Positions 22,875-35,425 of a stretch of 64,000 nucleotides of DNA are shown here, in pieces (within the stretch, counting starts at the first letter, position 1; every line of letters starts with the position of its first letter). Both the position numbers and the translations under genes were made by a program. The notes under the pieces were generated by a model. That model was not told the origin of the DNA. It searched no databases and saw only the letters and a list, made by a program, of their open reading frames with translations. This stretch comes from Sphagnum compactum (lineage: Eukaryota): assembly GCA_965153455.1 (NCBI GenBank), contig OZ234493.1:21504213-21568212 (forward strand). Reading direction: 5' to 3'.

Positions 22875-23449
22875 TTATCCCTCTCGTAGCTAATATAATG
22901 CCCTCACACATAGGCAAACTTTTCAACTTTTGATATAACTACTCATTACGGTGTGCATGTACATTTTGGTAGGAATTAAGAAATCTTCTTTTTCATTATC
23001 TCATAAATTTGTACCCTCTTTTATTGTTAAGATTGGTTTGCTTTACAAGTACTTCTTTACTTTGTTTTTCTTCATAGGATGAGGCAAACACTATTGATAA
23101 TATGTTAGCTTGCCAATGTGAAGTCTTTTTTTCAAAATTTTCACCAAATGTCGAGTGTGTAGGATTGCTATTTCTAACAACAATAAAATTAAATGTGCAT
23201 CTTTTACTTGGAATTTAATAAACTCATAGTTTAGCTTTCATCGATTGCTTGCATCGCTTTAGTTCTTACATCTGATAATAATATCAACTCTTGAAAATGA
23301 TCCATGATTTCTTTTAGTGTCTTAAATTGTCTTTGGCTCTATTAATAACATGGCACCTTCATCCAATTGAATTAAATTTTCCATCCTTACCCAAATTGCT
23401 TTATAAATGTCATATTTAGGAACATTTCAAATTCTTTTCATAGGTACCA

Positions 23450-26400
23450 TAAATTCTATTGGCAAAACAAGTTGAGTTCCATAAACCAACTCAAGACATA
23501 TATATATATATATATATATTGAGTTGTTATTTTATATGGTGTTCAATATGCTTATAAAATAATTAATAACATAAAATCCTAAACTATTTGATTTGCGTTA
23601 ACTAATTTGGCAATATAAAATGCCTACAATCTTATTGGTTGATTTGGCTTCACCATTGCCCTATGGGTAGTAGGTCATCACAAGTCATAATTTTTTGAGT
23701 AAGTATTTCAATTGTCATGTTGATAAATCACGTTGATAAAATGATTGCCCTAGTCATTTACTACATGAGTAAATGACTCATACAAAAATTTGGCTATATT
23801 AAGTAATATTATCTTTTAGTTTTTTAGCTTCTATTCACTTAATGGTGTAATTTGTGGCTACTACAATGTATGGATTGCCTATATATATTGCTACCAGTTT
23901 GATTGGCCCCATGAAATTCGAACATCATTTCATAAAAGGTTCAAAGGTCATCACAAGTTTGAGTGGAGCCTTGCAATTTTACCACATTGGCCCAAGTCAT
24001 TGCCAAATGTCACAAGTTTGGTACATTTCAATACTATTTTCATAAAGTGTGGGCCACCAATAACATGATGCCAATATTTTTTTAATAGTGGTATTGAAAC
24101 CAAAATGGCTTTTAGCAAGCCTTCATGTAAATCCATTAGCTGCTTTTGTGGATAATGAAAATCATCTTAAAATGTCATTTGTTCCTAGTTTATACAACTA
24201 TCAATCATTTAATGTATCTAATCTAGATATGATGGTAATCAACTACTTTTTTCTTTTGGTATATCATCCTCAAAATACCCTTTCATTAAATAATTTATAA
24301 TTGGTTTATACCATTCAATTCCTATAATGAAAATAGTTGTCTTAAGTAAATGATTTTCTACACCTCTAGTTGGTTCATGATGGTTGATTTTATAGTAAAT
24401 GATTCAGTAAGAAATGAATTCATCTTAGTTTGTAAATTATTTTAACGTTGAATTTTTATAATATTAAAAGCCATCTAGTTATTCAACCTATCACAATTGA
24501 TTTGTTTCTCCAATACAACAATGCTTGGTGATCCACAAAAAATATAAACCTATTACCAAGTAAATAATGCCTAATTTTTTTCGCAACATAAATCATTGCC
24601 AATGTTTCCTTTTTTGTTGTTATATAATTTTATTTTCTGTTGTTCATCAATTTACTAACATAGTAAATTGGTGTATCAATGATGTTATTAGATTTTGTTC
24701 CAAAATAACCCCAAGAGCATAGTTTGAAGCATTAGTGTGAACCTAAAATTATAGATTCCAATTAGGCACAATAAATGTCAATAGACATGTCTTGGATGCT
24801 TTCATCCATTCCCATGACTTGGCACAAACATTCGTCCAATCAAAAGCTTCATCTTTCTTCAACAATTTACACATCAATGTTGCTTTATTAACAAAATTTC
24901 AAAAATAATGTAATTGTAGAAACCCATTGCCCCTAAAAATCTCTTTATTTCTGTGACATTCATTGGAGTTGGCATTGTAATAATAGATGGGTTTTACGAG
25001 GATCAACTGATTTTCCTTCACCACATATGATGTGTCTTTGGATCACATTGAAATTGACATAAAAATCACATTTTTCAAGATTGAGGTTATTGCCATTTAT
25101 TCTACAATCTTATAAACACTTTTGCAATTGATACATATGATCCCCTTTATTTCCAAACACATTAAAATTGTCAAGAAGCGTTTGCATAAAGTCATTTAAA
25201 AACTTCTTGAAAGTCTTAGTTACCACTTCTTGAAATGTGGCAAGAACATTGCATAAACCAAATGACAATACATTATATGCATAGGCTCCCCATTCTAAGA
25301 TGAAAGTTAGTTTTACTTTATCCTCTTCCACCATTTTAGCTTGATTATAACCATTATAATTTTCCATAAAGGAGTACATCTCATGCCCCACAATAGAGTA
25401 TAATATTAAATTTAGAAATGACATAGAAATGGATCCTTCTTGGTATGAGCATTCAACTTAAAATAATCCACACTTATGCATAATTTGCCATTTTTAAAAA
25501 GTACAATGGCAAGTGGAAACAACCACTAACTTGTTTCAATAGGATAAATAAAACTTGCATCATGTATTTTATCAAAAGTCCTCTTTGACTTTCAATGCAT
25601 ATTTGAGGTTCACTCTATATTGTCTTTATTTAATAGGTTGAACTTTTGCTATGAGTCCAATCTTATGTTCACATATTTATATAAGAATCCATTTGAATTC
25701 CTTATAACTCCAAGTGAATACATCCTTCTAATTTGTTAACACATTTTTAATTTGTCTAAAACACAATCAGTAATATTACATTAACCAATACATTTGAAAC
25801 TCTTCCTTATTTCCCAAATTCATTTTCATTAATTGTTCCTAAGTCATTGCAATCCATCCAACATTTTTTTTTGTTTTTGAGAGTTATTTTAGTATCTTCA
25901 TAAAAATATGCAAAATAATTAGATTTTTGTTATGGCTATAACGTGCCACAATCAATTTCCCTTAAGAAATATGATTAATCTAATGTCATTTCTTGTATAG
26001 GCCATAGCTCTAGCAAAACTTTATATAATTTTCTTTTTCTTGTTATGATAGACCTTCTTCACAATCAAACTCATTGTCCAAATTCTTAGGTTGTGTAGAT
26101 GATTTTACATTCACATGTTTAATGGTACTAAACATCACTATTATTATTTCCAAAGTAATTGTAAAGGTGTATCACCCCAATTATGATGGCATCATTGGGC
26201 CTTGGCCTATTTTAGCCATGGTCTTATTAGAAGCATGGAATATGCTTCAATTCCATGTTCCATATTCAACATAGTAATTGAAGTTTTATAAACATAGCTT
26301 ACTAAGTCAATTTTCAAGTTCCTAATGAAACCAATTAACTGCACCTTCCATTTGTTAACCATCATTATTACAAAAGGAGTTAGTTGAGGTCTTCTCAACC

Positions 26401-27950
26401 CAAGTTTCTTCCTTAAACTTTCCAAAATATTGTTTACATTGGATCCTCCATCTAGCAACATGTCTTTCACTTCATACTTTCCATCCAAGTCAAATTCGAA
26501 GTATTGACATAACTTCATCAAAATGTTCAATATTTATGCTCGTGATTTTGCAAACATTTGCAACTGGCATTTCGCATATTTTTTATAATGCTTCTTTCTC
26601 ATATTTCTCAACTATGGACATATCTTAAAAACTTGTCTCAATTTCACTTCCATCTTCAAATTCATCACAAACTCAAATAATTCTTCAAAATTATTTGTTG
26701 AACACCTAATTTGGGTTTTATTGCCCATAACCTTTGATTTGCCAAACTTGTTTGATTTACCAAACATATCAACTCTTCTTGTTGATTTATCACTTTGTTG
26801 ACTTCTTAACAAAATAATTTCTTTTGTCATTTTGATTATCGTAATCAACTTGTCAACATTTATGACAAGTTGATTCCTTTCGTTGTCTTACCATCTTTGG
26901 TCATGTCGACAAACTTTGTCAACTTGTTATCTCTAGTCATGTCAACTTCCTTTCTTGACTTGTCATCTTTTATCATTTTGACTTTGTTTATCAATTTGCC
27001 AACATATGCTAGTTTGTTATTATTTTATTGGCATGCCACCTTGTACTAATTTGACATGACTTTTTGACTTATCTTCATTAATGAATATCTTATTACCACT
27101 TGGTAAATAGTTCCCAACATAGCCATTTGCAATGGTACATACCATTTTAACCCCTTTGATTGAGATTTTATTGATTCCAAGTCGATAGAACTTTGCATAT
27201 ACAATGGTTTGTTTTGAAACTCTTGAAGTCTCTATAGTTCCCTAAAACATTTTGATGAACCAATTTATCTCTTTCCCATTTGGTTCATCACCCTATTTTA
27301 TAGGACTAAATTCTCTCTCCTAAAGTTCTTCTTTGAACATCCTAGCTTTTTGACCTCTAGTGGTCACACAAACATCCAATATTTGGTTTACGTTGTTCCT
27401 CTTTATTAGAATCATTTGATTCGTCACTATTAGATTTTTGGTGATATCTTGTAATTTTTTCCTTTCTTAAAACATTTCTTCTTCTATCATTATTGTTGGT
27501 TTTGCCACCTTTGGTAAAGTTCTTTTTGGCATAAAGATAATAACCGTCTTTATTTTAGTTCACAAACCTTCTATGAAAGTTTCTCTAAAGTAAGTATCAT
27601 TAAGATGTTTTGGAATCCTTGCACAAAGTAGTAGAAATCTATCATAATAATCTTTTATTGTTTTGTACTTCTTTTGTTTTGTATATCGCAAAGTTGCACC
27701 CACTTGTCTCTCACTTTGGACATCACTAAATCTTGATTTAAAAGTTCATTACACCTTGTCTTAAGTTGCTACTAGATGTGTTGTTTCATATTTATCAAAC
27801 CAATTTGCAGTTTGTCCTCTCAAAGAATTTTTTAAATGTTGTAATTTATGATTGTTGGTATCTTTTCTATTTGTCACACAAATTTTGGTTATTTCTAAAG
27901 GTGTGACATTAAATAATCATTATTGTGGTACTTTGATGGTTGAATGCATC
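23450..27950 (-). pseudogene. Degenerate gag-pol of gypsy element
   Basis: Gag-like IKDYYDRFLLLCARIP (~27600-27700). Protease LLDGGSNVN (26207-26530). RT YSFMENYNGYNQ / LSFGLCN / LLDNF (25110-25424). RNase H VHTNASNYALG and VDHQAL (~24500-24745). Integrase LHEG.../FMGPI (23500-24140). Many stops and frameshifts. Confidence 0.9.
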
Positions 27951-29600
27951 ATACATTAATAGTTGGTAAAATCGTAATAAGTACAATGTTCACTGTTGGC
28001 AATAAAATTGTAGACTATCAATATTGTTTCCATAGTTGCAAGAACAATTGATTTGAGTTGGAAAAGATGTTTGAATAAATGACTCAATCAAGTCATGCTC
28101 GACTTCTTTATTATTGTTGCTATTACAAAGCTTTGGTGTTCACCTACCTTTTTTTCTCCCTCCAAAGAAGTGGCCATCCTTATTCTATCACCCATTTAAA
28201 AGAACCAAAAGTATTGATAGTTGGCTCCAAGGTTATTAAATTCAATGCATCAACCATAGGTAATTGTTATTCATTTCCCACATTCAATGAACTTGATTGG
28301 GTTGATTGTTTTGCTTCTTCATTTAAGTGATCAAGATGAATATTTAATTCCTTCAACAATACTTTACAAAGTTGTTCTTGTAGTTTTTTCCAACAAAGGT
28401 TCCAATACTTAATATCTTGTCAATATACTAAAATGATACCTAAACCTTTTCATTTGTTGTGTGTTTTAATTTGTTGAGCTAAAATAATTACTTCTCTAGT
28501 TTCTTATTGATTTTTTTTTCTCCAACCTCATAATTTGCTCTATTTTTCTCAATCTTTGTTTCTATCTATCAGCTTGAAGTAAAAATTTCTTGTTTTTCAA
28601 CTACAACTATTTCCTTTCAATTTGATAATCACATTTTCTTCTAGATAATAGGGATCCAATATTAACAACATAATCAACATTGATCTTTTGACATTATTTC
28701 CTCAAAAAAATTAAATTATTGCCTCTCAAGCTCATTGCATGTTTGGACCTTAGGAATTAGGAGCCCATAACAAGTCACAAGGCATCCATCTTTCTACCAA
28801 AAAATTAATATTTGATTTGGTAAACTTTTGTCTATCAACAAATATCACATTATGATGAGCTGAAACTATTTTTTTAATTGGTATTAATTTAAACAAACAT
28901 ACCATTATTAACAACCATCTTCTACATTTGGTTAATACTATAGTATTGATTATCAATGTTTTATGTTGAATACACATGACTTAGTACATCCATGTAATAT
29001 TTTAATTATCAATTCTGTATATTTTGTAGTAGTGCTTTGAATTTATTCACAAAATAGTTCCATTCATCATATTTTGATGTCATTGTGGGTGTATATAAAA
29101 TTTTCACAAAAAACTAGCCATACATATTATGTTTTTATAAACCTTTTTTGACCTTCTTCTATTGTGATAACTTCCTTTAACCATTCACTTTTTCTCCTAA
29201 TTGCAATCATAATCTACCAACATTCATACTGTCCTTGATAAACATAATTGTAATAATCAAAGAACGTGTGGTAGACTTAGTCATATCTTACTCATAATAA
29301 GTAAATAATTTTTAATGGGCTACCACTTGTTCATCACCCAAAACAATCATTTTCTTAATTTCATTACTTTTTTTTTCAAGTTTATAAACTCCCAACATGT
29401 TTGAAGATTTGCATGAATTTTTTAAACATCCCAAATCTAATTCATATACTTCAATTTTTTTGTCTTCACTTTCCATTAATTCAAAATATATATGAAAAAC
29501 ATTTTAAAGTTGACTTCATGAAATTCAACATTCATGGTCTCCTATTTTCCACAAATTTTCTTTACATTGAGAAATTCATGTCCCCAACATGATCACCAAG

Positions 29601-30604
29601 TGTTAACGATACATTTTGATAAATTTAATTCTAGTGACAAAAATTTGAGGAGCTAGTATATGGGTGATTTTGTATAATCTTTCGTAAATTCGTAAAATCT
29701 ATTGTATGGTCATCCTTGGACAATTTCAAGGACAATTCTAGAAACAACTCATACCTACATCATCATTTCCCAACTTAATTACTTCATTTTTTAATAACTA
29801 CCTTATTATTCCTTTCCCAGAGATATGAAAAAAGTCTTATTTCATTTTCAAGCTTAACTACCTCGTTCTTTTACTAATAACCACCTCACTTTTCTATAAA
29901 TAATTACCTCCCTTTTTTACATTACCCACCATGGATGTAATGTTTAAATTAAATTTGAAATTGATATAAATACTAACAAGATATTGAAAATCAAATGGGA
30001 ACATGATAAGAAAAAAAGGTTGAACGCCACTGGTAATGCGCAACAACGCGGAACTCAAGTTATTATTAATTCATGCATCATTCCTAGGTTATTATCTTGG
30101 CTCATTAGCATGAATATCATGCAAACATACTAACTAAAACATAATCCAACAACAAACAAACTACATTTTCTAACATTTGAATGCATACAAAACAAAACAA
30201 AATAGAAGATAAAGAATGTTCAATTTTTCATTACATGATTTCTCCTCCAATATATGTCTTGAGTCCTCGTAAACACCTCCTTTAATGCCTGGCAATCTAA
30301 ACAATTAGCTGACAACCACTACTATTTTGCTGAAGCTTTCTTCTTTTATATTTCAACAAAATGGTTATAAGTACTTAGCTCTAGCATCTCAACATAGCCA
30401 AGTGTCTAACAATAATCAATTTGCCACTATTGACATTTAATTTCAACATGTTACCACAATTTGCATACCTTAAGTTGACTTCTAGCTAATAACTAACTTC
30501 TTCTAATCGAGTTGATTTGCTAAGTCAAGTTGGGTTGTTGCTTTGCCTTGTTGGTTCACCTTTGTCATTATGATTAAGCATCCCTACTAATTTCTTTCGT
30601 AACA
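29601..30604 (-). repeat. 5' LTR of gypsy element, interrupted by a ~430-bp insertion
   Basis: tgttaacgatacattttgataaatttaa [insert] ttattattaattcatgcatca...ttcgtaaca. Confidence 0.9.
29629..30059 (+). mobile_element. Helitron-like insertion inside the LTR
   Basis: Absent from the other LTR; no TSD; inserted at A|T. Ends with a small GC hairpin (gcgcaacaacgcg) and a degenerate CTAG (CAAG). Related to 37929-38470 in reverse orientation. Confidence 0.6.
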
Positions 30605-32306
30605 AGATTGCATTCATCAACAACAATCATAGTCTATAGACCTTGTAAAAAGAAGCTAACAACTATGGACTAGGTGGCTAGTGAGAGGCCGTTGGATACC
30701 AGGATTAGTAGAGGTGCAAATGCTCTAAGACTATTTGTGATAATTAGTGGCCTCTCATTGGTTACTGGACATAACCATCCCCCATGAGAATTGAGATGCC
30801 CTCTTTTCATCCATAGAGAGTGGTTATGAAATGTTCATCCAAGTAACAAGGTGTTCCGCAATCATAGGGCCCCCGGGATTATCTTGTGCTAACTAGTAGG
30901 TTGAAGGTTATGGTTATAACTTGTGACCTGACAACCAATCCGAGCATCAAGCCCCCTCTCAAAGAACCTAGTGAGCCCCTCTCAAGGCACTGGGCTCTTT
31001 GCAAAATATGCTTATAACCTATGTAATCTACTCTCGAGCTCTCATCTTAACAAGATGAGGGGATAGTAATAGCTTCATACTATTTAGGTCATATTCAAAA
31101 TTGCACTCAAATGCATATGGACTTTTACCAATTCTATGGTGGATATAGTACTTGAGTCTACATTAGATTTCACCAACTTGACTTTGCACAACTTGTGCGA
31201 AGTTCAACTTGGAGTTGGCAATGTGCAAATGAATGTTCAAATAAGTTGTGCTACCAGGTCTGCTGGTTGCCACCACCAGGTTCCTGGTTACAACACAAAA
31301 TTCCATCTCAACTAAAATTACCTCATCTCATACAGTTGCCCGTCCTACCATGGAGTTATCAAGTTCAAAAGATTTACTTAATAGCACCTTGTTCAAAGAT
31401 TTCAAGAGAAAAATATTTGTAAACGATAGAGAAAGAGTCGGGTAAAGAAACTTGTTCTGTAATCAATCAATTTCCTCCAACAAGAGTAAATGTGCATATC
31501 TTCAGAATTCAGAGGTTTTATTGTGTTTTGAGGCTTCACCTTCTTCTTCTTCTTCAAGAATTCTCATATCAAGATGTTTGAGCCCTTTTCTTTCTTGTTA
31601 AGGGCATTTTGTAGAAACTTAAATCTCATGACAAAACACACTATGTTGCAGTGGTGGAGAAAACCTTGACTCGTGTTTTGTTTCTCTCCCCAAACAAAGA
31701 AGCTCTTAAAAGCTTTTGAAACTGTATTTTCCGTCACAGGACTTTTTTCTGTTATTTGAGGAACTTGGATTTGTGGAAAAGAAAATGCTTTAGAGGTCAA
31801 GCAAGAGGAAGCAAGTCCCACTTTCTTGGCAAGCTAAATCTGAGCATAGCAAACTGCATCTTGATGTTTTCGTGAATCAGCTTCTACTTTGCTTGCAACA
31901 TCCTTTCTGAGCTCTAAAATTATTTTGCACAAATCCTATAAAAACCATCAGAAAGATACCAACAAAAGCAACAAACAAAGGAAGCAAAAGAGTAAGAAGA
32001 GAGAGAGAAACCATGGAAACAGAACCCATGGGTATTTGATCAGTAGTTTCAAGTTTCATCAGATTTTAATTATTGTATGTCAATCATGAGAATGTTGTTC
32101 ACTCTTCATGACAAAGGGGAGTTCTACCTTTGCTGGCTGGCTTCACGAAGGCAGAAAAAGAATTGGGTACTAGTCTGAAACATAATATTCTGGCCTGATG
32201 ATGCTAAGGCGGTAGCAGCTATGAACAACAAGTCCTGTACATCGTCATGATTTGCTACAAAATTGATGATACTAGTCCTTAGCAATATTTACTTTGCTGC
32301 AAAGAA

Positions 32307-33486
32307 CTAGAAATATTCAATCATCTCTGCAGGCTCCGAATCCCGTTTCATATGCTTCAAGACTTGGAGAGATGATTCATCCTCTGTTGAACTTTGATTC
32401 CCATCAGTATCGCTCCAAATCTTTCTACTGCTTCCCACAAACTCAGATCCACTCCAGCTTACAGAGCTTGTGATTATGGAAGATGCTGACTGCAACTGCT
32501 CTTCCATCATTGTTGAAGACCCATTCAGCTCTTTTGCTGGCATTGATGATACAATTGCAGATTCCCCCTGTTGAAAGGTAGCTGGATCTGCTGCTACTTC
32601 CAGATCTGGAGTTGTTGTTTTCCCATCTGTTGATACAACGCCAAAAGTTTCCTTCAGCATTTTCTCTCGCTCGATTTCTCCTTGTGATTGCTCATGGTGA
32701 ATAGCTCGTTTTCTCTCAATTTCTGCCTCAACCTCAGCAATCACCAGAGGAGGAGGCACACATGGAGGCCGACTGACAAACTGCAGAGCACTCCATTGAA
32801 CACCTTCAAAGAATGGGTGGTTCTTGATCTCATCTGCACCATTGTTACCTAACCTCTCAACAGGCTCTTTCTTCAGGAGCTTCTGAAGAAGATCCTTCAA
32901 AGGAGACATGGGCCCAGGAATCTCAGGTGTCTTGGTGAGGATGTTGTAGAAAGTCTCTTTTCTGCCATTCTCACTCTTGAACGGTGTCTTTCCATACACC
33001 ATTTCATACAAGAAGACGCCCAAAGTCCACCAATCCACCTGCCAGCTATGGCCGCTTCCCCAAATGATCTCAGGAGCAACGTACTCGACGGTTCCGACAA
33101 AGGAATTCGACCTAGGTTCCGTTTCTTGCCCTTGAACATTCCCTCCTCCTCCTCCCTTGCGCGGATTCGTAGCTTCTACAGGTGTGACACGGGAAAGAAT
33201 GTTGCCTTTGGGCGCTTTCTTTCCGTTTCCTCCTGCCCCGCACACCAACAGCGACTTGATCTGACTAGGAGGCCGCCGCTGCTTCTTCTTGTTCTTCTTC
33301 TCCGGTATTCTCACCACTTCTTTCACGAAAGACTTCCGTTCCGAGAGTCGTAGAGAGAGATCGAAATCCGTGAGCATGATATGGCCATCTGCTTGCACTA
33401 GAATATTCTCCGGCTTCAAATCCCTGTACAGGATCCCCTTCTTATGCAGATATTCCAAGGCGAGGACCACTTCTGCGGCGTAAAAT
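32307..33486 (-). CDS. AGCVIII Ser/Thr protein kinase (AGC2 / OXI1-UNICORN-like), exon 2 of 2; 538 aa total
   Basis: [22 protein letters not shown], plant-AGCVIII-specific DFDLS, basic insertion between subdomains VII and [30 protein letters not shown]. Acceptor gcag|A at 33487/33486; TAG at 32307-32309. Confidence 0.96.
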
Positions 33487-33678
33487 CTGCGCATTCATCC
33501 ACGTACCAACACAACACGTTCAGTTTCATGCAAAATTCGATCTTAGAAACCCTTGATGGTTTCTTTCTGCAAAACAGGAAGCGCAAGGACTCTCTCTCGT
33601 TCCAATGTTGTTGCAGAAGCACGCATTGCAAAACACAAAGGGAGCGGAGCAAAAGGAAGAAGAGAAGAGGTAACATAC
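33487..33678 (-). other. 192-bp GT-AG intron of the AGC kinase (phase 2, splits Arg of AAR|FY)
   Basis: CG|GTATGT donor and gcgcAG|A acceptor restore ...SAARFYAAE... in frame. Confidence 0.93.
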
Positions 33679-34115
33679 CGAGCAGCAGATACGGAGAAGA
33701 TCTTCTCCGGTTGTCGTTGCCTCAACACGTTCAAGTCGCCTCCGGTACAGTAATCCATGACGAGGAAGGAATGCTTCTCGCTCTCGAAAGTGGCCAAGAG
33801 CGAAGGCAGGAACGGATGCTGAAGGGAGGAGAGAATATCCTTCTCCGTCTGCGCCCTGATAGTGGTATTCTTGCTTACCAGCGCATCCTTCTTCATCACC
33901 TTCATCGCATAAGGCATGTTTGTGCTCTCATGCACCACCAAAAACACTGTCCCCATGTCTCCATTGCCAACCGCCTTCACTGGCTTGAAATCCTCCACAC
34001 ACAAGTCCTTCTTCTTCCACACATCGTCGTCACGCACATGAGGAGTCATCAGAAGACTCTCTCCCTGAGGAGGAATGTTTTCCGCACCAGAACCTTCTAC
34101 TGTATGAGGGGGCAT
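33679..34115 (-). CDS. AGCVIII Ser/Thr protein kinase, exon 1 of 2
   Basis: ATG at 34115 (MPPHTVEG...). Motifs GNGDMGTVFLV, YAMKVM, HPFLPSL, MDYCTGGDLNVLRQRQPEKIFS. Confidence 0.94.
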
Positions 34116-34131
34116 TCCTTCTGCCTTCGAA

Positions 34132-34151
34132 ACACACACACACACACACAC
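34132..34151. repeat. (AC)n microsatellite just upstream of the kinase start codon
   Basis: Visible AC run. Confidence 0.9.
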
Positions 34152-35184
34152 AAAGTGTGTGCTTTGTGCTTTGTGTGAATAAAACCGCTTCTTCTTGTAG
34201 CAGAACACACACAAAAACACACACGGACAGATGATTCTTCTTCTCCCAAACGGATCGCCACCAGTTCTTGCTACTTCCCTCACTTTCTCTCTCTATTACT
34301 CACACTCTTTTGGAGGATTAGTCTCTTCGGCTATTTTCTCTTGTCTATTCTATCAACCGGTGTTTTTCAGAGGTGGAAACAAAGCAAATTCCTTTCGCGA
34401 TTTGTTTCTCAGTCTCTGTCTCTCTTAGTGAAGGTCTGTCTCCTCCTTGCCAAACTACTAACTTGAACTTCTTCTTGTTGAAAATTTGCTGACTTTTTTT
34501 TCACTCTCTCCGTTGTGGGGGTGATGAAGCGAGCGAGCATGCAAGCAAAGCGAAGCAAAGCAAGCAAGCAAGCGACCTCCTACACGGAGAGGATGGACCG
34601 CCTTGCACTCGTGTTTGTGTCTCCAATTTATCTTCCGTTTGCCGTTTTATTTGCTACACATCACAGCAAGGGAGAGGCCAAGATATAGCGGCGCGGAGCG
34701 CAGGAAACGACAGCGGGAAAGGGGTCGCAACGACGGCTGCTGTGAGCCACGGAGAGTTCTGGCCAGGTGGGGTCCAACGCCATCGCCGCTTGCACACTCT
34801 CTTTCGTCTATCTCGCTCTCTCTTTCCTCCGCGCCTTCCTGCAGACCCCAACACGAACCAAGCATCGCACTAATCACAGACTAAACACTCACTAATTTGC
34901 CCAAACCATACACTAATCACATTCTATATGATGAGGCACTAATAAAATAAAAAGCTAGAGCGCCCAAAACCGTCAAAATAAGCATATTCAGTAAATCAAA
35001 TTTTTTATTTTTTTTCAAAATGTTTTTTTAAAAAACACCCATTTTCCCCTTAAAGACAAGAGGATTTAAAACTCAACCCAAGTTGATTTTTTTTCTTTTG
35101 ATTTTTAAAAATTATTTATGAATTTATAAAGAATTGTGATAAGGGTAACCTGTAAGTCATTTCAAAAGCAATTTTTTTCTCTTT

Positions 35185-35425
35185 TTTTGGCGAATTTTCA
35201 CACTGTGGCGACAAAAAAATAAATCCAATGGGAATTGTAAAAGAGCCTTTTGGGGCGAAGGGGAAGTGAAAAGTCGGGTTAAAATGTCACATTTCGCCAT
35301 ATTTAGATAATGAGTTTTCTATTGTTCGCCAGAACTAGGCAGAAATATTTTTTAAAAAAACTACTTTACTGTCTGACCTGTAGCCAAATGTGGCTCATTC
35401 CTCCTGTGGATGATCGCCAGTCCAC
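35185..35425 (+). repeat. Dispersed repeat (SINE/LINE-tail-like family), copy 1
   Basis: Shares tagccaaat(g/t)tggct...gtggatgatc(g/a)cca with 54955-55230 and, reversed, 38680-38945. Confidence 0.55.

Larger units (their letters stand above)
13345..25455 (+). repeat. Segmental duplication unit C (ORF retained)
   Basis: Colinear with 3800-11482 and 373-1295. The right end is the last point still matched by unit B; approximate. Confidence 0.9.
22291..30604 (-). mobile_element. Full-length degenerate Ty3/gypsy LTR retrotransposon
   Basis: TG...CA LTRs at 22291-22874 and 29601-30604. Perfect 5-bp TSD AGATT (22286-22290, 30605-30609). PPT GAGAGGGATAA on minus (22875-22885). PBS-like TGGTGATCATGTTGGGGA on minus just inside the right LTR. 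Domain order gag-PR-RT-RH-INT on minus. Confidence 0.95.

Noticed and set aside
30645-31052. Second solo LTR right of the gypsy element
   Set aside because: No TSD or second copy in the window.
33444-34178. 244-aa plus-strand ORF
   Set aside because: Antisense shadow of kinase exon 1 and the intron.
34116-34283. Longer kinase N-terminus (MREVARTGG...)
   Set aside because: Starts at a non-ATG codon and runs through a GT microsatellite; more likely 5' UTR.
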